Part shown: positions 58,311-64,000 of the stretch, in pieces
How positions within the stretch are numbered: the first letter of the stretch is position 1
Layout: each line of letters begins with the position of its first letter
Assembly: GCA_963422615.1 (NCBI GenBank)
Contig: OY730414.1
Location: 2,340,302-2,404,301, forward strand
DNA length: 64,000 nucleotides
Reading direction: 5' to 3'
DNA from: Longimicrobiales bacterium
Lineage (GTDB): Bacteria > Gemmatimonadota > Gemmatimonadetes > Longimicrobiales > Gaopeijiaceae
Translations under genes and position numbers: made by a program
Notes under the pieces: model-generated
The model's database searches: none
What the model saw: the letters and a program-made list of their open reading frames with translations, nothing else
What the model was told of the DNA's origin: nothing

Positions 58311-59327
58311 GTGGTTAGGGCGGTGGGGCGTGGAGTTCTCGTTCTGACAGCCCTGCTGCTGGCTTCCTTTCATTCTCCTCGGCTATCCGGCCAAGTTGCC
58401 CGCACATGGGTGGAGCCTACTGGCAGTCGCGTACTCGTCGCAGGACAAATGGATTCCTTCCTTCTTCAGCCAAGCTCGGTTGACATGGGTCGCAACATCG
58501 TCGTCTTGTTTGACAGGGGTGACGAGTCTCTGAAGGCTGTTGACCGTGCCACGGGCCGGTTACAGTGGGAGCTAGGACGTTCCGGTCAAGGTCCATGGGA
58601 GTTCGCGGGCGTAACCGATATCGCGATGGGACCGGCAAATTCGGTCTGGGTGCTTGATGCCGACAATCGGCGTGTCTACATCGTCGGACCGGACGGCTCT
58701 CATGGCCGGGTAATCAATATTGTACTTGCCCTGGCAGCATCGGAAGCTCCCTACCGGATGGCCGTGCTTCCCGATGGATTTGTGCTCGGTCTGAGCAGCA
58801 CGGATAACGGCTTGGCGGCTGTGTTTTCGGCTGACTGACAGCGTCGTGCCACGGTCAGAGGACCGCCGTGGATAGGGAATCTGAGTTACATGGCGGCTGA
58901 TTACCGCTTGGATGGTGATGCCAAGTCAGGGAGCTTCGCTGCGGTATTTCAGTTCACTGGCAGGATTCTGGATGGCAGACCGGGAAGCGGCTCACCGGAC
59001 GTACAGGAGCTGGAAGCAGTCGCGATGGCTGACGAGCCCGAAGTCATCCATTTTGAGATCGACGGCATGGCAGCCTCCCGATTGGCGCCCGGACAAGTGA
59101 GACTGGCACGCAGTATAGCGGTAGAGGGAGACCGCATTATGATCCTGTCGGCACGGCAGTCGGACGATGAATGGGTGGCAGACGTAATTGACGTCTACGA
59201 GAACCGTGACTACCTGTACAGCATTCGCCTACCTGCGGTCGCTAGACGAATCGCTGCGTTCGGTAACACCATTACCACTCTCGAAACCGAAATGCTGCCC
59301 ACGATCCGCGAGCTGATATTGCCGTAA
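58311..59327 (+). pseudogene. Duplicate of beta-propeller gene 56717..57733 with a premature stop
   Basis: Same 1017-nt length and near-identical sequence; GGA changed to TGA at 58836-58838. Confidence 0.88.
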
Positions 59328-59475
59328 GAGAAGCTCTGTCTTGCCCGAGCCCGAGTTGTTGGAACGGCGATGCTTGATCCGGTCACCCCGGACGGACGAT
59401 GGGGTGGACCCGCTGCCGGAACCTCGGCTGTTGGGGGTCCCAGGACCTCCAAGGTGGTTTCAAGCGGGAGAGGAT

Positions 59476-60591
59476 TTAGGAGTCAGAGTCCCGGGGACCA
59501 ACGGACACCGCGAGCTTGACTGCGAAGCCATTGAAATCGGCCAGATACCCCCCGTCTTGGGATCGGCCCCAAACGTCATACCCGTTGGAAAACCGTGTGG
59601 ACGCCAAAAGGTCGCCTTCCGGCGTGACCACCGTCCAAAGACCTTCCGGACGGCCGCGGCGACTGGAATACAAGTGGGCTACGTTCAAAATATTCCCGTC
59701 TGGCATCTCGTCCACGAAAATGGATCGGTTCCATCGGAATTGGAAGGTCACGCGGGGCTCTTCCGGGGCCAGGGCCCGAATCAGTTCGGAAGACGAAATA
59801 ATGTCCTCGTTTTCAACCACCAGGACCGGTTTGTCGCCGTCCATCCCGAGGTACCGGGTAACTCGAAACGGGGCTACGTCCGAAACGAGCAAATCTCCCA
59901 TTGCGGTCAATGCGACCGGACCCCCGGACAACCGCCGGGTCGCCAGCCAGTCTTTGTGCTCAAACACAGGATGCCAGCTGGCGACGTGGTTTCCGCCCCG
60001 ATCGTACCGATGGACGGAGTACTGACTGAAGGGTTGCGACGGATACTTGCCCCCGCTCACGACGAATCCACCATCCGAGAGCCCGGTAAACCCATACTGC
60101 CAGATTAGCGGCAGATTCACATGATGCCCGAACTTCTTATCGACCGTTGCCACATCCACGCCTTCACCTGAACCGCCGACAATCAAAGCGCCGAAACCGG
60201 GAGCCATGGACAAGTGCATGATACTTTCGATCCTGTTTGAAATATCGGCGCTCCACGATATGGTTTTCGGTCGACTCCCGTCGGACCGTAGTTCCCACAA
60301 CTCAACGTTCCTGCCGTCGGCCACCCAGATGCTTCCATCGGGCCATTCGGCCATCCCGCCAACCGAACCGAAGCGCGGGTCAATATTTGTCCTCCAGATT
60401 TCACGGATGCGAACCCCCAGCGGACCTTCCTCCTCAAGTGGGGTCTCCGGCTGAGCTTCTCGGACCAGAACCGTATCTCGATCGCATCCACCGACCAACA
60501 ATGCCGATCCTACAGTGATAGCAATCGTTTGAAGATACAGCAGCTTCACAAGTCTCATTCTGGAGGCAAGCCGACCTATTCCTTGAAACAT
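59476..60591 (-). CDS. Beta-propeller-like lipoprotein
   Basis: Lipobox-like VGGC; repeated blades (DGSIWVADG, DGGFVVSG, GDLLVSD, DGNILNV); GGAG before ATG at 60591. Confidence 0.72.
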   Translation of the reverse strand: MFQGIGRLASRMRLVKLLYLQTIAITVGSALLVGGCDRDTVLVREAQPETPLEEEGPLGVRIREIWRTNIDPRFGSVGGMAEWPDGSIWVADGRNVELWELRSDGSRPKTISWSADISNRIESIMHLSMAPGFGALIVGGSGEGVDVATVDKKFGHHVNLPLIWQYGFTGLSDGGFVVSGGKYPSQPFSQYSVHRYDRGGNHVASWHPVFEHKDWLATRRLSGGPVALTAMGDLLVSDVAPFRVTRYLGMDGDKPVLVVENEDIISSSELIRALAPEEPRVTFQFRWNRSIFVDEMPDGNILNVAHLYSSRRGRPEGLWTVVTPEGDLLASTRFSNGYDVWGRSQDGGYLADFNGFAVKLAVSVGPRDSDS

Positions 60592-60619
60592 TTTCCGACT
60601 CCCTTTGCCAGAGCAAGAT

Positions 60620-61240
60620 CTATTGAGTTGCCGGTAACACCATGCCGGATTCGACCCACTCTCTGATTTCAACAAGGCCGACCCTCCGAGTCAGTACTCG
60701 TTCGTCTAGAATCAACCGCTGTTTTCCCCTGATCTCAACCGTCCGTTCCACGATAAGAATCTGCGGAGTCGCAGCAGGACCGGGCAGGTCGTGGAAGATG
60801 TATCTCATTACACCGATGTTGAACCAACCCCTTCCCGCCATGATTTCGTCGAAATCACCGAAGGTGGCCAAATGCTCAATGCCTTTGCTCGCGATGACAT
60901 CTCTGGCGACCCCGACTGCAGCAAATCCCAAGCCCCGCGATCGTGCACCATCGCGAATGGCCAACTTGGCTTGACGAACAAGCTTACGAAGCTCAGGACG
61001 ATTGGACCAGTGACATTGTGACGAACCCACGAGAATGAATACCAATTCTTCACCTGAATCCGTTCTGGCATCGGGTAGGTACGGGTCAGAGGAAGAAAGT
61101 ATGGGAATACTCCAACGAATGTCGACGTCTATGTCAGCTCTAGGAACAAATCCGAACAGGCCTAGGGCAAACCCCAAACCCAGAACAAGCCAAACCCGGC
61201 CATTCCTTCCATAACCTCGGAGTCTCCGAATTCCAAACAT
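60620..61240 (-). CDS. Membrane-anchored thioredoxin-fold protein with an SxxC/CxxS site
   Basis: TM helix; ELVFILVGSSQCHWS; cis-Pro-like ATPQILIV. Confidence 0.65.
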   Translation of the reverse strand: MFGIRRLRGYGRNGRVWLVLGLGFALGLFGFVPRADIDVDIRWSIPILSSSDPYLPDARTDSGEELVFILVGSSQCHWSNRPELRKLVRQAKLAIRDGARSRGLGFAAVGVARDVIASKGIEHLATFGDFDEIMAGRGWFNIGVMRYIFHDLPGPAATPQILIVERTVEIRGKQRLILDERVLTRRVGLVEIREWVESGMVLPATQ

Positions 61241-62416
61241 TCAGGCTCCTCCCTTTGGAGCAATGGTTCGCAGTTCCAACTTTGGATACGGCAACATCCA
61301 CATGGCCACTTGTCGGCTTGCATCCGCAGCAACAATTATAGGCAGCGTTTCACTTATCAAAGCTCCCAGCCCTGTCGCTACATCAATCAGGTAGCTTCTA
61401 ACTATGATATCAGAGCTACCCTTTTGAATCTCTGATGGTTCTCCACGAAGGTACTGCACCAAAACATGCCGAGAAGAAACAGCCTGCACAGAAGACAATA
61501 CGTCTCGTACTCCACTTGACGAAAACCGAACAGATGGCTGACCGTCGGAAGACGAGCTTTCCGTAATTTTAAGTTGAGCGTATCCCTCAATACCAGCGGC
61601 CCAGGCGAGTGCACCTCCGTCGGCTTCGTAGGCTCGGAGCACGGGAAGCAGTTCAAATGCGAATACAATGTGGAGGGGGTCGCCTAGACAAGCTATGCGA
61701 CCATCGGACAGTTGGCCTTGAACGAGCCAGTTATCCGAATCGTATCCGTGTCCGAAGCTGTGATCCGTCTGGCCAGGCACAACAGCAACTTCGTGAATAA
61801 TCGTGTTATCGGAACGCAACCAGCCCGCGACGAAAACCCGTTCCCGGTTGGAACATACTCCCTCGGGAACAAGTAGAAGTTGAACGGTATATTCGTGTTC
61901 GTAACTGGTATTTCCGGTATCGGTGGGAGAAAAAATCTTGAGCTCGTTTCCCCGGTCGGACACGGCTACGCGACCCTCTCTCATGAGTTCCAATCCACTA
62001 GGATCATGGAACTCGTTCGGCCCCGGTCCCGAACGCCCGAACGCACCAAGAAACTCTCCTTGAAAGTCGAATATCCGCACCTGACGATTCCGTCTGTCAA
62101 GCACATATACATTTCCGTCTTTATCCAACTTGACATCAGAAATCAACCCAAAAACTTGCGGGTCTTCGCCACCGGAACTGCCAAGCCGGCCAATCTGCAC
62201 CACCGGTTGTGCCTCAAGCAAGGCACCCCGGACCTGTACCCAATCGGACAAAGCGCTCGGAGTCAGTCCCTCCGGAATCGAATCTTTCCGGACGCTGAAG
62301 CCACTCCGGGATGGTGTGTTTTCGTGCGTTGGATGGACGATCTCATTCCGCTGTTGCTCGCAGGATCCGAGAACTCCGCAAGCGATTACCGTGGCAACGA
62401 TCCGCTGGGCACCCAC
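61241..62416 (-). CDS. 6-bladed beta-propeller lipoprotein (NHL/TolB-like)
   Basis: Lipobox LGSC; FGLISDVKLDKDGNVYVLD, FGRSGPGPNEFHDP; GGAGG upstream. Confidence 0.82.
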   Translation of the reverse strand: MGAQRIVATVIACGVLGSCEQQRNEIVHPTHENTPSRSGFSVRKDSIPEGLTPSALSDWVQVRGALLEAQPVVQIGRLGSSGGEDPQVFGLISDVKLDKDGNVYVLDRRNRQVRIFDFQGEFLGAFGRSGPGPNEFHDPSGLELMREGRVAVSDRGNELKIFSPTDTGNTSYEHEYTVQLLLVPEGVCSNRERVFVAGWLRSDNTIIHEVAVVPGQTDHSFGHGYDSDNWLVQGQLSDGRIACLGDPLHIVFAFELLPVLRAYEADGGALAWAAGIEGYAQLKITESSSSDGQPSVRFSSSGVRDVLSSVQAVSSRHVLVQYLRGEPSEIQKGSSDIIVRSYLIDVATGLGALISETLPIIVAADASRQVAMWMLPYPKLELRTIAPKGGA

Positions 62417-62544
62417 TTCCTAACCCTCCATGAACGGGTTTCGCCTCCCGGCCTCTCCGGGAACGGCGCCGACAGCACACACCCTGCCGTGCCAAGTATT
62501 GAGGTCACGTCTCATGACAGGGCTTGGCTAACAACAGCATGTGT

Positions 62545-62794
62545 CTATTTGTGACCGCAGGCGCTAGTTGTGCAACCATCTTGGCCTGCCCTGCAGGCGG
62601 TCAGTTCTCCGGGATTGTCCTCGCAGCGTTCCCAGAAAATCAGGAAGCTATCGCACTCGTTTGATTCGCAGTCATGGGCTACCGTCGGGGCAGGAGCGAC
62701 CAAAGACGGATGCGGCCGATCCGACCAGCCCGCCTATCGCCACCGGGACGAGGAACCCCAAGAGGATCCCTCGCACGCGTCGTTTGATTGTCAT
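62545..62794 (-). CDS. Secreted Cys-rich peptide precursor (6 Cys) with a 1-nt frameshift; absent from the ORF track
   Basis: AAGGAG RBS; MTIKRRVRGILLGFLVPVAIGGLVGSAASV, then a shift near 62701-62704 into VAPAPTVA|HDCESNECDSFLIFWERCEDNPGELTACRAGQDGCTTSACGHK*; span is 250 nt (3n+1). Confidence 0.72.
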
Positions 62795-63038
62795 CGGCTA
62801 TCTCCTTAAGAGAAAGTATTGGAAAATGGGGAAGTTCAAGCGCCGCACTTTAATGCGGCTGATGTAGAGACGCTCCCTCTGTGCTCCGGCGATGGGTCAG
62901 AATCGGACAGAACGTCCAAGACAGCGCTTACCAGGGCCGAATCAACTTTGGCATCGGAGGGATGCGCTCAAGAGATTACGAGGAGGCAGGGGACGTGGCA
63001 GACTCGTTCCGGCGGGACATGGTGTCAGGATTAAACCG

Positions 63039-63845
63039 TCATGACGCGGAGGTAGAGGCCGGACTTGTGATTTTCCCGAGGATGACGGACGCCACGTAGT
63101 CCGGCCCACCCCGCCGAACGATCACGGAAGGGGGCTGACCCAGTTCACGCCGAACCGAACGCCGATAGTTGGCGTAGTCGGAAAAGCCGAGTGCCAGGGC
63201 GACGGCGCCCGACGGTCGGCCGCTCCACTTGGCCAGCCTTTCCACGTGGAAGATCCGTGCGAGTGAGATGAGCCTCTTGGGCGGCGGCACTTCGCTGGCC
63301 ACACACCGCCTTCTCAAGGTCCGAACGCTGATGCCGAGACTTCGGGCTAGCTGATCAACCGAACACGGGGTGACGGTTTCGCGGAAAACGAACTCCAGAA
63401 GCGTGTTTGTGGAGACAGGAGTAGCGCGTTTCAGGCACTCCACCAGAGCGCGAACTTCCCTGTTGCCCGTGCCGCGGAGCGCGGCGGATCCGACCGCACT
63501 CAGACGGTCGTTGGCACCGGGATCCAGGCGCTCCACGAAGACGACATCCGTTTCCGCAAGTTGCCAAAGTTGGGCCGTGTTCAAGTCCGCATAGCAGATG
63601 ACAGAGCACTGGGGACACTCACGGCGAAACGAAAGGAAGGCCCCCAGAGAGGTGCCGCCGGAAGGGAAAAAGGGATCCACGAAGGTCGGCGAACAGGGGA
63701 ACCGCCCGACCAGCGTCCGGAGGTCCCGCCAAGCCGACGCAAAGCGAACGGGGCCAAGAAGCTCGTGAGCGCCACCTACACGTACCCCTGCCCGGATCCG
63801 GTCCCGAATTCTCGGACTGCCTTCGAGCGCGAGCACAGCAATCAT
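63039..63845 (-). CDS. AraC-family HTH transcriptional regulator
   Basis: SVDQLARSLGISVRTLRRR...VALALGFSDYANYRR..RRELG. Confidence 0.85.
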   Translation of the reverse strand: MIAVLALEGSPRIRDRIRAGVRVGGAHELLGPVRFASAWRDLRTLVGRFPCSPTFVDPFFPSGGTSLGAFLSFRRECPQCSVICYADLNTAQLWQLAETDVVFVERLDPGANDRLSAVGSAALRGTGNREVRALVECLKRATPVSTNTLLEFVFRETVTPCSVDQLARSLGISVRTLRRRCVASEVPPPKRLISLARIFHVERLAKWSGRPSGAVALALGFSDYANYRRSVRRELGQPPSVIVRRGGPDYVASVILGKITSPASTSAS

Positions 63846-63854
63846 CGAACGGCT

Positions 63855-64000
63855 TCAGTCGGTGTCCACCATCAGTTCCATCACTTCGTCCATTTTTCCG
63901 AGCTTGCGGCACGCTCGGTGAATCAGGGAGCGGACGGCCGTGTCCGTCACCCCCATCGTACGTGCGATCTCCCGCGTCGTCCGCTGCTCCATGTACATAC
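63855..64000 (-). CDS. Sigma-70 family (probably ECF) sigma factor, C-terminal region 4, partial at the window edge
   Basis: Manual translation ...MYMEQRTTREIARTMGVTDTAVRSLIHRACRKLGKMDEVMELMVDTD*. Confidence 0.7.
   Translation of the reverse strand, partial: MYMEQRTTREIARTMGVTDTAVRSLIHRACRKLGKMDEVMELMVDTD

Noticed and set aside
58836..58838. In-frame TGA considered as selenocysteine or recoding
   Set aside because: The intact copy has Gly (GGA) at this position rather than Cys, and TGA is used as a stop throughout the window.
1..64000. tRNA, rRNA, integrase or IS transposase genes
   Set aside because: None recognised by eye; tRNAscan-SE and ISEScan would be needed to exclude them formally.

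Overview
High-GC bacterial window. Gene content (beta-propeller lipoproteins, choice-of-anchor B proteins, a stand-alone TonB plug) suggests Gemmatimonadota, which is an inference. The core backbone carries an ABC transporter plus DUF1854, ltaE, a MATE-like exporter, FKBP, an AKR-RidA fusion, an APC permease, imuA-imuB-dnaE2, mog, a squalene/phytoene synthase, folE2, rpmE2/rpmG/rpmB, a CoA transferase, two aminotransferases, pdxH, two choice-of-anchor B proteins, feoAB with a Btu/Fec-type ABC system, and a cold-shock protein. Two accessory regions stand out. (1) A ~5.9 kb decayed island (19372-25287) is bounded by a 67-bp direct repeat of the mog 3' end and is filled with defence and toxin-antitoxin fragments. 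(2) The last ~8.5 kb holds convergent cassettes, each with a signal-peptide-bearing Cys-rich small peptide, a thioredoxin-fold protein with a non-CxxC site and one or two beta-propeller proteins; an AraC regulator and a sigma-70 region-4 gene lie upstream of one cassette. One precursor (6 Cys) is missing from the ORF track because of a 1-nt frameshift. This is the best candidate for an undescribed secreted-peptide system. All family calls come from motif recognition by eye; no database searches were run.
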